Below the pieces are notes generated by a model. It made no database searches. It was not told where the DNA came from and saw nothing but the letters and a program-made list of their open reading frames with translations. Positions 1 to 9,141 of a stretch of DNA of 64,000 nt are shown one piece after another. This stretch comes from Myxococcales bacterium. GTDB lineage: Bacteria > Myxococcota_A > Polyangia > Polyangiales > Houyiibacteriaceae. The stretch covers positions 8,900 to 72,899 of the forward strand of contig JAOTVB010000012.1 in the NCBI GenBank assembly GCA_029863605.1, given 5' to 3'. The position numbers and the translations under genes were made by a program. The first letter of the stretch is position 1. Each line of letters opens with the position of its first letter.

Positions 1-214
1 CTCGGGTAGGTTTCCGGGCTTACTGCCTTGACCTCGATCGCCTTCCCAGCGTGACGCGCCAGTGGCTTGTTGATCGAGGTGTTGGGCCGCTTACCGTGGC
101 GGGTCCGCGTCGGAATCTCACCGACTTCCCCGTTCGGAAACGGGATGTCTCCCCGTTCCCTATCCCGCGTTCCAACCGAAAGCGCAGGACCCGAGAACGC
201 AGACCATGCGCTCA
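1..214 (-). CDS. possible 5' part of an unidentified gene running off the left edge (partial)
   Basis: The minus-strand frame stays open from 244 to position 1 (81 sense codons) with G/C-rich third positions. The only candidate start is TTG at 214-212. No recognisable motif. Confidence 0.2.
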
Positions 215-244
215 ACGGTGGGCGCTGTCAAAGGTGGTCTTCGA

Positions 245-1027
245 TCACTTGCCTTTGAAGCTCGGTGGGCGCTTTTGCATCATGGCCATGGCGGCTTCCA
301 CGGCGTCCTCGGAATTGATGAGGGGTACTTGGACGGGAACGATGTCGGCGATGGCTTTCTTCCATCCTTCCAACAGCGACACTTGTGCGTTCGCCAGGGC
401 AGCTCGAACCGCGAGTGGGGCCTGTGCGGCGATCCGCTCAGCGAGCTCGACCGCCCGGGTCAGGTGGGCACCGGGGGCGACGACCTCTTGGACGACACCG
501 AGGCGAAACCCCTCGGCCGCGTCGAACTCGTCCCCGGTGAGGACATACCGCATCGCGTTCGAGTAGCCGGCGGTTTGAACGAACCGGAAGGTGCCACCGC
601 CTGCGGGCATGATCCCGACTCGCACCTCCTTAAGGCCGAAAACCGTTCCTTCGGCGGCCACGCAGATATCAGAGCAAAGGGCGATTTCGGTGCCGAGAGT
701 GAAGCAACGGCCATGTACCGCCGTCACCATGGGTGTCTTTCGAAGGCGTCCCACCACATGCCACGGATCCACCAGTTCTGCCGGGATAGGCACCTTTCCG
801 GCACGAAAGCTCGGCCCGACATTCATCAGGTCGAGGCCGGTCGTCGTATCCGTGCCCTTGCCGTAGACGACGATGGCACGAACGTCGTCGTCGTCGTCGG
901 CCTCCGTGCAGACCTCGGCGAGACGCTCGAACATTTCTACCGTGAACGCGTTCCGCTTCTCCGGCCGGTCGAAACCGATCAGCCCGATGCTGCTGCGCTT
1001 CTCGTACTCAATGTCTCGGTCGCTCAT
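245..1027 (-). CDS. enoyl-CoA hydratase/isomerase (crotonase) family protein
   Basis: 260 aa. The N-terminus IGLIGFDRPEKRNAF is typical of crotonase-fold enzymes, and length and layout fit the family. Confidence 0.85.
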   Translation of the reverse strand: MSDRDIEYEKRSSIGLIGFDRPEKRNAFTVEMFERLAEVCTEADDDDDVRAIVVYGKGTDTTTGLDLMNVGPSFRAGKVPIPAELVDPWHVVGRLRKTPMVTAVHGRCFTLGTEIALCSDICVAAEGTVFGLKEVRVGIMPAGGGTFRFVQTAGYSNAMRYVLTGDEFDAAEGFRLGVVQEVVAPGAHLTRAVELAERIAAQAPLAVRAALANAQVSLLEGWKKAIADIVPVQVPLINSEDAVEAAMAMMQKRPPSFKGK

Positions 1028-1057
1028 GGTCGAGCGATACTCCTCTTTGACTCTTCG

Positions 1058-1081
1058 AAAAAGGGAACTGCTCCCTTTTTT
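1058..1081. repeat. palindromic hairpin element, copy 1 (AAAAAGGGA-ACTGC-TCCCTTTTTT)
   Basis: A 9-bp perfect stem with a 5-nt centre, lying between the divergent starts of the crotonase (1027) and M48 (1126) genes. The same architecture occurs at 4654-4674 and 15916-15936. Confidence 0.6.
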
Positions 1082-1125
1082 GGAGCCGTCGCTATCGGCA
1101 AAAATGCAGTTACATTAGGAGTGAC

Positions 1126-1959
1126 GTGATGGGACATTGGCGTTTTCGAGCGTTGGGGCTCTTGTTGTTCGGCCTTGGGGTTGCCGCATGTTCGACCACG
1201 ATGACGGGACGTAGGCAGCTCACTTTGATCGACGACGACAGGATGGACGCGATGGGCCTGGCGGCTTTTGCCAGCCTGAAGCAGCAGGGGGAGCTGAGTC
1301 GGGATCCGATGGTCAACGACTACGTTGAGTGCGTCGCCGCCGCCATCTTGGAGGTGATCCCCGATGGGGCGGGGCCCAAGAATGGCAAGTGGGAAGCTCT
1401 GGTCTTCGATGACCCGACGCCAAACGCGTTCGCCCTGCCCGGAGGAAAGATCGGCGTGCACACGGGGATGCTCGATGTGGTGACCACCCCGGGTCAGCTC
1501 GCGGCGGTGCTCGGCCATGAGGTCGGGCACGTGTTGCTACGACACGGCAACGAGCGGATGTCGCAATCGATCCTGGCGGACACCGCCGTCTCGGCAAGCT
1601 CGGTCGCCGCTGGAACTGCGGCTCCGGAATACGAGAGGTTGATCGTGGGCGGCCTCGGCGTAGGGGCGCAATACGGTGTGCTCCTGCCTTTCAGCCGCAA
1701 GCACGAGGTCGAGGCCGATCAGGTCGGCCAGATCTTCATGGCGCAGGCGGGGTTCTATCCGGTCGAGGCGATCACCCTATGGCAACGAATGGCCGAGCTC
1801 GGCAGCGCGGCGCCTGATCAGTGGCGGTCGACGCACCCCTCCGATGAGACCCGTATCGCTCGCCTTCGAGCAAACCTTCCGAGGGCCATGCGAGACTACG
1901 AGAAAGCGAGAACCGCGGGGAAGGATCCCCGTTGTGTCCCGCCGGTGGTCTACGAATGA
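1126..1959 (+). CDS. M48-family zinc metallopeptidase, lipoprotein
   Basis: HEVGHVLLRH (HExxH) motif. Signal peptide with lipobox LGVAAC|S. Confidence 0.85.
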   Translation: MMGHWRFRALGLLLFGLGVAACSTTMTGRRQLTLIDDDRMDAMGLAAFASLKQQGELSRDPMVNDYVECVAAAILEVIPDGAGPKNGKWEALVFDDPTPNAFALPGGKIGVHTGMLDVVTTPGQLAAVLGHEVGHVLLRHGNERMSQSILADTAVSASSVAAGTAAPEYERLIVGGLGVGAQYGVLLPFSRKHEVEADQVGQIFMAQAGFYPVEAITLWQRMAELGSAAPDQWRSTHPSDETRIARLRANLPRAMRDYEKARTAGKDPRCVPPVVYE

Positions 1960-1962
1960 CGC

Positions 1963-2844
1963 TCAGGCGTGCTTCTGGATGAACGCCGCCACCGCGTGGC
2001 CGATCTCCGTCGGCGAATCCTCTTGGATGAAGTGCAGGCCCTTGACGGTGATCTCTTCCTGGTTGCCGAATTGACGACAAAAGTCCCGGTGACTCCCGGT
2101 GAGAATGATCCCCGGCTCGGCATTGACGAAGAGCTTCGGGATGGCGTCTGCGTCGATGAGCCACTCGGAATACGCTTCGACGATCTTGTGCACGTCCTTC
2201 GGATCGCCGCCGATCGGGATCTGTCGAGGCCAGGTGAGAGTCGGGCGTCGGGACTCACCGGGCTCGACGAACGGTGCTCGATACCGCGCCATCTCTTCGT
2301 CGCTCAGCTTACGCATGATCGACGCCGGGAGGATGCGTTCGACGAAGACGTTTTTTTCGAGGACGATTTCTTCGCCAGCAGGGGAGCGCATGGCCTGGAA
2401 GATTTTACGCGCGCCCTCGGCCCAGTCGTCCCAGCTTGGGACCGGACGAACGATCGCCTCCATGTAGGCGATGCCTTTGACCTGCTCGGGATGCCTTCGC
2501 GCCCAATGAAACCCGAGACCCGAACCCCAGTCGTGGATGACGAGAAACACCGGTTCGTTGCCGACGACGGAATCGAACCACGCGTCGAGGTAGCGGCGAT
2601 GGTCGACGAAGGTGTAACCACTCGAGCTCGGGCCCGACTCGCCCATGCCGATCAAGTCCGGTGCGAGGCAGCGCGCGACGGGCGCGACCTCTTTGATGAC
2701 GTTGCGCCAGAGGTATGAAGAGGTTGGGTTTCCGTGGAGGAACACCGCAGTGACGGAGCCAGGCCCCGTATCGACGTAGGCCATTTCGCTATCTTCGATA
2801 GCGACGCGCTTCCTCGGGTGCGGGTCTTCGGCAGATATGGTCAT
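1963..2844 (-). CDS. haloalkane dehalogenase-type alpha/beta hydrolase
   Basis: HGNPTSSYLWRN motif and nucleophile elbow VIHDWGSGLG, both hallmarks of HLD-II haloalkane dehalogenases. 293 aa. Confidence 0.85.
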   Translation of the reverse strand: MTISAEDPHPRKRVAIEDSEMAYVDTGPGSVTAVFLHGNPTSSYLWRNVIKEVAPVARCLAPDLIGMGESGPSSSGYTFVDHRRYLDAWFDSVVGNEPVFLVIHDWGSGLGFHWARRHPEQVKGIAYMEAIVRPVPSWDDWAEGARKIFQAMRSPAGEEIVLEKNVFVERILPASIMRKLSDEEMARYRAPFVEPGESRRPTLTWPRQIPIGGDPKDVHKIVEAYSEWLIDADAIPKLFVNAEPGIILTGSHRDFCRQFGNQEEITVKGLHFIQEDSPTEIGHAVAAFIQKHA

Positions 2845-2904
2845 GAAGGCGTTCCTACCTCAGGCCCCTATTCCAATCAACAGCTGCCGCGTATAGTCGG
2901 CACG

Positions 2905-3786
2905 ATGAGCAAGAAGGAACTTTGGACTGCCGCGCCCAGCTCTTTTCTCGTTCCGGCCGACGGCACGTTCAAAATTGTAGCTGCTCCCACCGCTCCGCCC
3001 GGTGAAGTCGACAAAGCGGAACTCGAGGATGGGTTGGAGCAGCACGTTCGGGCGATTCGCGACCTTCAGCGCAAGCTCTACGCATCCGATGACTACTCAG
3101 TCTTGTTCGTGTTCCAGGCGATGGATGCCGCTGGGAAAGACGGGACGATTCGGGCGGTCTTCACCGGGGTCAACCCCGCGGGTTTTCAGGTGTCCTCTTT
3201 CCAGGCGCCGTCGCAGGAGGAGCTCGATCACGACTTTCTTTGGCGCATTGCGAGACGATTGCCCGAGCGAGGCCGAATCGGCGTCTTCAACCGGAGCCAC
3301 TACGAAGAGGTGATTATCGTCCGGGTGCATCCGGAGTTTCTCGACAAGCAGAAGCTGCCTCGAATCGATCTGAAGAACATCTGGGCAGAGCGATACGAAT
3401 CGATTCGGAGCTTCGAAAAGCATCTCGCGCGCAATGGCACCATCATCGTCAAATTCTTCTTGAATGTGTCGCTGGCACAACAGAAGCGTCGACTCATCCG
3501 ACGGATCGACAAGCCGAGCTCCAACTGGAAGTTCAATCCGGACGATGTGGCCGAGCGAAACCGATGGCCGGAGTACATGCAAGCCTTCGAGGATGCGTTG
3601 AACGAGACCTCTCGACCATGGGCCCCTTGGTATGCCATCCCGGCGGACCACAAGCCCTACATGCGAGTGCAAGTAGCCCGCATCATCGAACAGACCTTGG
3701 CGAGTCTCGGGGTCGACTTTCCGACCATCAGCGACGAAGCGCGTTCAGCGCTGGCAGACTGCCGGAGCCTACTCGAAAGTCAGTGA
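2905..3786 (+). CDS. ppk2: polyphosphate kinase 2 (PPK2) family protein
   Basis: FQAMDAAGKDGTIR Walker-A-like motif and the FNRSHYEEV region. Start set at ATG 2905 (MSKKELW); the ORF-track extension from 2734 overlaps the divergent dehalogenase gene. Confidence 0.85.
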   Translation: MSKKELWTAAPSSFLVPADGTFKIVAAPTAPPGEVDKAELEDGLEQHVRAIRDLQRKLYASDDYSVLFVFQAMDAAGKDGTIRAVFTGVNPAGFQVSSFQAPSQEELDHDFLWRIARRLPERGRIGVFNRSHYEEVIIVRVHPEFLDKQKLPRIDLKNIWAERYESIRSFEKHLARNGTIIVKFFLNVSLAQQKRRLIRRIDKPSSNWKFNPDDVAERNRWPEYMQAFEDALNETSRPWAPWYAIPADHKPYMRVQVARIIEQTLASLGVDFPTISDEARSALADCRSLLESQ

Positions 3787-3829
3787 CCGCTCGGCTTGCG
3801 GTTCTTCTCTGGCCGCGCAGGATTCCGCC

Positions 3830-4627
3830 GTGACTCCCATCGTGCTCACGGTTGCTGGCTCGGATCCATCTGGGGGCGCTGGGCTCCAGGCCGACCTCAA
3901 GACGATCCATCGGCATGAGGCCTACGGCGTCGCGGTGCCAACTCTGGTCACCGTCCAGAACACGTGCGGCGTCGAGAGGGTCGAGGTCCTTTCGGCGGAG
4001 CTCGTGCGCGCCCAACTCGACAACTTGCTGCGTGACATGTCTCCCCAAGCCGCGAAAACCGGGGCTCTAGGTTCCCGAGAAGTGGTGCGTGAGGTCGGCG
4101 CGGTCGTGAAAGCCGCGTCGTTTCCGTGGGTCGTCGACCCGGTATGGGTGCCGACGCGCGGTCGGCGGCTCTCGAACGAGGATCTAGGTGAGGCTCTGCG
4201 AAGCGATCTGATTCCCTTTGCGACCCTGGTGACGCCCAATGCAGAGGAAGCCTCGGGACTCGCGAGCCTGGCAGTACGTACCCTCGGCGACGCGCAGGAG
4301 GCAGCCCGCCGGATCGCCTCGTTTGGAGCCAAAGCGGTCCTGGTGACCGGGGGCGATCTCGAAGGCGCCGCCCGAGGGACCGACGTCCTGTTCTATGAGG
4401 GAGCCGTTCAGGAGCTCCGGGCAGGGTCGGTCGCCGAGGGGGAATTCCATGGGACGGGTTGCACCTTGTCAGCTGCGATCGCGACCCGGTTGGCATTCGG
4501 GGACGACATCCCAACCGCGGTTGTCCGGGCGAAGGCATGGCTCGATGGCGCACTCGCGCATGCATTCGCAGTGGGGCAGGGTGCAAAGCCGGTCAATCAT
4601 CTCTGGGATGTCGACCGCAAACCTTAG
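3830..4627 (+). CDS. thiD: hydroxymethylpyrimidine/phosphomethylpyrimidine kinase
   Basis: N-terminal VAGSDPSGGAGLQADLKT motif. 265 aa. GTG start. Confidence 0.88.
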   Translation: MTPIVLTVAGSDPSGGAGLQADLKTIHRHEAYGVAVPTLVTVQNTCGVERVEVLSAELVRAQLDNLLRDMSPQAAKTGALGSREVVREVGAVVKAASFPWVVDPVWVPTRGRRLSNEDLGEALRSDLIPFATLVTPNAEEASGLASLAVRTLGDAQEAARRIASFGAKAVLVTGGDLEGAARGTDVLFYEGAVQELRAGSVAEGEFHGTGCTLSAAIATRLAFGDDIPTAVVRAKAWLDGALAHAFAVGQGAKPVNHLWDVDRKP

Positions 4628-4653
4628 GGTTCGAAGCGGGAGATACCGACCGG

Positions 4654-4674
4654 AAAAAGGGGACTGTCCCCTTT
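4654..4674. repeat. palindromic hairpin element, copy 2 (AAAGGGGAC-T-GTCCCCTTT); likely intrinsic terminator after thiD
   Basis: A perfect 9+1+9 palindrome flanked by an A-tract and a T-tract, 27 nt after the thiD stop. Confidence 0.6.
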
Positions 4675-4744
4675 CGGCTTGCTGCGGTTGGAGGATAGCG
4701 GATAATCGGCACCGAATTCCCCCGTTTGCCATTTAGGAGTCCGC

Positions 4745-6553
4745 ATGAAACCCGTTCGAGGCTTGTGTCTCGCGATCAGCGCTCTGTTCGTCGCTGCGTG
4801 CGGCAGCAACGACGGCGCTGCCAAGTGCGCTGCGGAGAGCACATTCGCTCAGGTCCAGGAACAGATATTCGAGGCGCGGGGCTGCACGCTCTCGAACTGT
4901 CATGGTGAATCGCCGCAGTCGGGCCTCGATCTTCGTCAGGACGTTGCGTACCGGAATCTGGTCAACGTCGACGCAGTGGCGGGCGACTTCAAGCGCGTCT
5001 TTCCGGCCGAACAAGATTTGAGCCTTCTCTACCTCAAGGTGGCGGCCAAAGCGGGTGGTGAAAACCTTGCCGTCCAAGGTATCTCCGGCGGTGCGATGCC
5101 CGTGGGTGAGAGCGCTCTCAGCGAGCAGGACCTCAGCCTCCTTCGTGCGTGGATCCGAGGTGGCGCGCCCGAGGAAGGCATCGTCGAAGGCTCCCAACAG
5201 TTTGCCACGTGCGCGCTCGACGGTGACATCGCTCCCAACAAGATCCAGCCGCCCCCCCCGCCTGCCGCCGACGAGGGGATTCAGTTTTACGGGGGCGGAT
5301 GGACGGTGCCGGCGGAGGGCGAAGGGGAGGTTTGCTACGTCAGCTACTACGACTACTCCGACGAGGTTCCGGAGCAGTTCAAGATCCCCTGCACCGATAC
5401 GCAGGGTGGACCCGGGCGCGATTGCTTCGCCTACAACGACATCCTGCTCGCCCAAGACCCGCAATCCCACCACAGCATCATCGAGTTCTACGTGCCGCCA
5501 ACCGGTAAAGAGAATCAATGGGATCCGATGGGCGGGGACTGGAAAAACTGGACCTGCCTCGGAGGCGACCGGGCCGGAGTTTCATGCACACCCGGCTCTG
5601 CCGAATGCGGGCCTCGCAGTCAATGTACGACGACTCCCGAGACATCCGTCGCGTGCGTCGCCTACAGGAACGCTCCGCCGGAGCTCGGCAGTTTGTCCGG
5701 GTTCATCGGGCAAGCCGACACTCGACAGAATCTCGCGACGGCACAGGAGGCCACATTCCGGGAACACTACCCGACCGACGTGTACTCTCTGATGCCTGTC
5801 AAGGGTTTCATCGTTTGGAATAACCACTCGTTCAATGCCAGCAAGAGCGACACCACGGTCGAACAATGGATGAATGTCGAGTTTGCCGCGCCGGAGGAGC
5901 AGATCTATCCACGCGTACAGATCTTCGATGCCTCTGAAATTTTCGGAATGGGCACGATCGACGCATTTACCTCGAAGGAGGTGTGCAACAGCTACACCAT
6001 CCCGCAGCATGCCCGCTTGCTCACCTTGAGCAGCCACACGCATAAGCGTGGCAAGAGGTTCCGCGTCTGGTATCCGCCCAACGATGTCTGCGCGCCCGGT
6101 CCGGACTGCGGCCCAGTGGACCGCGAACACGACTACATCAGTCGAGACTACGCCGACCCGCTCTACCAACGCTTTGCCGAACCAGACCTTCCTGCCTACG
6201 ATAGCCCCGACCCACGCGACCGCACGTTCCGCTACTGCTCGCTATGGGACAATGGCGAGACCAACCCGGACGAGGTTCGTCGCGAGTCCACCAAGCCGGA
6301 CGCGGAAACATGCGAATTCCTCGATTCGGTGAGTGGCCTCATCAATCAACTCGGCCTCAACGTTTTTGCATGTGGCTGCGAGCCCGGACTGCGGTCGTGT
6401 TTCGGGGGACCCTCACAGGGGATGTCCTGCAACGGTGACGATTCTGTGTGCGGCCAAGGCGGTATTTGCGACGCTTGCCCGGCCGGGGGTGGCATCACCA
6501 CCGAGGAAGAGATGTTCGTCCTCTTTGGTTCGTACTTCGTTCGAGAGCCCTGA
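4745..6553 (+). CDS. secreted lipoprotein: PSCyt1-like (planctomycete cytochrome c-like) N-module fused to a PHM/DBH-like copper monooxygenase-like core, with a Cys-rich C-terminus
   Basis: Lipobox LFVAAC|G. N-module motifs NCHGESPQSGLDLR and MPVGESALSEQDLSLLRAWIRGGAPE. Core motifs SHHSIIEFY, WNNHSF, SSHTHKRGKRF and EEMFVLFGSYF parallel the PHM HH / H / HxH / M copper-ligand contexts. Confidence 0.6.
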   Translation: MKPVRGLCLAISALFVAACGSNDGAAKCAAESTFAQVQEQIFEARGCTLSNCHGESPQSGLDLRQDVAYRNLVNVDAVAGDFKRVFPAEQDLSLLYLKVAAKAGGENLAVQGISGGAMPVGESALSEQDLSLLRAWIRGGAPEEGIVEGSQQFATCALDGDIAPNKIQPPPPPAADEGIQFYGGGWTVPAEGEGEVCYVSYYDYSDEVPEQFKIPCTDTQGGPGRDCFAYNDILLAQDPQSHHSIIEFYVPPTGKENQWDPMGGDWKNWTCLGGDRAGVSCTPGSAECGPRSQCTTTPETSVACVAYRNAPPELGSLSGFIGQADTRQNLATAQEATFREHYPTDVYSLMPVKGFIVWNNHSFNASKSDTTVEQWMNVEFAAPEEQIYPRVQIFDASEIFGMGTIDAFTSKEVCNSYTIPQHARLLTLSSHTHKRGKRFRVWYPPNDVCAPGPDCGPVDREHDYISRDYADPLYQRFAEPDLPAYDSPDPRDRTFRYCSLWDNGETNPDEVRRESTKPDAETCEFLDSVSGLINQLGLNVFACGCEPGLRSCFGGPSQGMSCNGDDSVCGQGGICDACPAGGGITTEEEMFVLFGSYFVREP

Positions 6554-6786
6554 CCTGGGCCCCATTGCGAGTGGTACGAACCAAGACCCCAAAACGGGTC
6601 GTCACGCGATGGCCGATCACGGCGATTTGGTCGTTAGCGAAGCCGCCGGGCAGGGTCCTCTCGGGCACCTTTTCGCGCGTTTCCGGCCTTCTCCGGTTTC
6701 CCTGAATTGGCCGTAAAGAACTTGTTTTGCCGCTTTGCCTGTGCGACATGCGAGCAGGTCCGAAAAGAGGGGACTGAGCGAAGCGG

Positions 6787-9141
6787 ATGGCGCGGCGTCG
6801 CAAGAAGAAGACCACACCTCAAATCGAGCTTCCGATCGATAGTATCGAGGATGCGTCCCTCGTCGAGGAGACACGTCGGCGGTACCTGAACTACGCTCTC
6901 AGCGTCATCACATCCCGAGCGCTCCCCGATGTGCGGGATGGGCTCAAGCCAGTGCAGCGCCGGATCCTGTACACGATGTACAACGAGCTGCGGCTCCGGA
7001 GCGACGTGAAGCACCGGAAGTCGGCGGCCATCGTTGGCGACGTGATGGGCAAATTTCACCCTCATGGCGACACGGCGATCTATGACGCGCTTGCTCGGAT
7101 GGCGCAGCCGTTCACTCTGCGAGAGCCGCTGGTCGATGGTCGGGGAAATTTCGGCTCGCCCGATGGAGATTCTGCAGCCGCAATGCGTTACACCGAGGCG
7201 CGTCTCCACAAGTTGTCCGATGAACTGCTCGTCGAGCTTGCGAAGAAGACCGTCGCATACAGACCGAACTACGATGGTCGGCTGTTCGAGCCGGTCGTGT
7301 TGCCGGCCCGCTTTCCCAATCTCCTGGTCAACGGCTCGCAAGGGATCGCGGTCGGGATGGCGACTTCGATTCCGCCCCACAATCTAGCGGAGGTGATCCA
7401 GGCGTGCGTCGCGCTCGTCGATGGAGACTTGACGACGAAGCAGCTGATGAAGTTCGTGAAGGGGCCCGACTTCCCGACCGGCGGCGAGCTGGTGAGCAGC
7501 AAGCAGGAGCTCGTCACCTCTTACGAGAACGGCCAGGGGTCACTCAAGCTTCGCGGCGAGTGGAAGGTAGAAAAGCCGAGGACGGGTAGTCCGATCATCG
7601 TCATCCATTCGATTCCGTACAGCGTAGAGCGCCGCGCGGTGGTCGAAAAGATCGCCGAAGCGATCATTCAGAAGAAGATGCCGGGCCTGATCGACGTGCG
7701 GGACGAGAGCACCGATGACTGCCGCATCGTCTGCGAAATCAAGAAAGAAGCCGATCCGCAGCTGATCATGGCGTACCTCTACAAGCACACTCCGCTCCAA
7801 ACCAACGTCCAGGTGAACCTCACTTGCCTAGTGCCGACGTCGAATCCCGAGGTTGCGGCGCCGCAGCGGATCGGGCTGAGGGAGATCCTCACGCACTTTC
7901 TCGATTTCCGCATGGAGGTGGTGACCAAGCGACTCGAGTTCGAGCTAGAGCAGCTTCAGAACCGCATCCACATTCTCGAGGGTTTCGTCATCGTCTTCGA
8001 CGCGCTTGATGAAGCGATTCGAATCATCCGTCGGTCCGAGGGGAAGCAGGACGCCGCCGCAAAGCTCATCAAACGCTTCGAGCTCGACGAGCTCCAGGCT
8101 GACGCCATCCTCGAGCTCAAGCTCTACCGGCTCGCGAAGCTCCAGATCCTCGAGATTCGAAGCGAGCTCGAGGCAAAGCGCAAGGAGGCAAAGCGGGTCC
8201 AGCGGCTCCTCAGCAGTCCGGCCGCGCTGTGGAAGCTCATCAAGGCCGAGCTTCAAGAGCTGAGCACGACCTATGCGGACCCCCGCCGCACCAAGATTAC
8301 CGCCAAGCTCGACGAACCCGAATTCGATGAAGAGGCCTTCATCGTGGATGAGGACGCGATGGTGGTCGTGACCGAGCAAGGTTGGGTGAAGCGTCAGCAG
8401 CGCGTCAAAGACGTCGCATCGACTCGGGTCCGCAAAGGTGATCGCGTGTTGGCGGTCCTCGCCGGGTCGACCAAGAGCACCGTCGGGTTCCTCAGTAGCA
8501 GTGGGGTTTGTTACGTGACTCGTATCGTGGACGTTCCCGCGTCCACCGGGCATGGGACGCCTCTACAAACCCTGTTCAAGATGGCCGACGGTGAGCGCAT
8601 CGTGGGCGCGATCGGGTTCGACCCACGGTTTCTAGAGGTTCCGCCGCCCGAGGAAGAGCCGGAGGAGCCCGAGCCGCCGTACGCGATAGCGGTCACCCGC
8701 GGCGGTCTCGCTTTGCGCTTCTCGTTGCGCAATCACCGCGATCCGTCGACCCGTTCCGGCCGCAAGTTTACGCGGCCGAAAGACGGCGACGAAGTCATCT
8801 ACGTCGCCGCCGTTTTCGAGGAGGACTGCGTCGCCTGCGTCACAAAAGAGCGTAGGGCGCTGGTCTGCGAAGCCGAGGATGTCTCGCTGCTCGCGGGCGC
8901 CGGGCGCGGTGTCAAGCTGATCAAGCTCCAGAAGGACGACCACGTCGTTGCGGCCCGCGTGCTCTCGTATGACGACGATGCGCTGATCGCAAAGCGCGAG
9001 GGTGGGAGCGACTACCGAATCACCCTTCGCAAGTACGAGGTCGTGTCGAGGGGCGGCAAGGGCTTTCAACTCTTCACGCGCGGAGCGGTCGAGGGCGAAG
9101 TCTACCAAGAACCTGACATACCCGTGTTTCCGGAGGACTAG
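6787..9141 (+). CDS. parC: type IIA topoisomerase subunit A, Topo IV ParC-like
   Basis: GKFHPHGD and [10 protein letters not shown] (catalytic Tyr) motifs. No GyrA-box (QRRGGKG) at the start of the C-terminal domain, unlike the bona fide gyrA at 49163. The stop overlaps the start of its B-subunit partner. Confidence 0.75.
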   Translation: MARRRKKKTTPQIELPIDSIEDASLVEETRRRYLNYALSVITSRALPDVRDGLKPVQRRILYTMYNELRLRSDVKHRKSAAIVGDVMGKFHPHGDTAIYDALARMAQPFTLREPLVDGRGNFGSPDGDSAAAMRYTEARLHKLSDELLVELAKKTVAYRPNYDGRLFEPVVLPARFPNLLVNGSQGIAVGMATSIPPHNLAEVIQACVALVDGDLTTKQLMKFVKGPDFPTGGELVSSKQELVTSYENGQGSLKLRGEWKVEKPRTGSPIIVIHSIPYSVERRAVVEKIAEAIIQKKMPGLIDVRDESTDDCRIVCEIKKEADPQLIMAYLYKHTPLQTNVQVNLTCLVPTSNPEVAAPQRIGLREILTHFLDFRMEVVTKRLEFELEQLQNRIHILEGFVIVFDALDEAIRIIRRSEGKQDAAAKLIKRFELDELQADAILELKLYRLAKLQILEIRSELEAKRKEAKRVQRLLSSPAALWKLIKAELQELSTTYADPRRTKITAKLDEPEFDEEAFIVDEDAMVVVTEQGWVKRQQRVKDVASTRVRKGDRVLAVLAGSTKSTVGFLSSSGVCYVTRIVDVPASTGHGTPLQTLFKMADGERIVGAIGFDPRFLEVPPPEEEPEEPEPPYAIAVTRGGLALRFSLRNHRDPSTRSGRKFTRPKDGDEVIYVAAVFEEDCVACVTKERRALVCEAEDVSLLAGAGRGVKLIKLQKDDHVVAARVLSYDDDALIAKREGGSDYRITLRKYEVVSRGGKGFQLFTRGAVEGEVYQEPDIPVFPED

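Noticed and set aside
245-247. Crotonase TGA stop followed by 81 in-frame sense codons: possible read-through or selenocysteine
   Set aside because: The crotonase is already full length at 260 aa. No SECIS-like hairpin lies immediately 3' of the UGA; the nearest hairpins start about 90 nt away. An independent downstream gene or a chance open frame is more likely.
4626-4642. AGGGTTCGAAGCGGGAG, T-loop-like GGTTCGAA string suggesting a tRNA
   Set aside because: The flanking bases do not form a T-stem (TAGGG against CGGGA), and the 70 nt upstream are the thiD coding end. No cloverleaf is possible.
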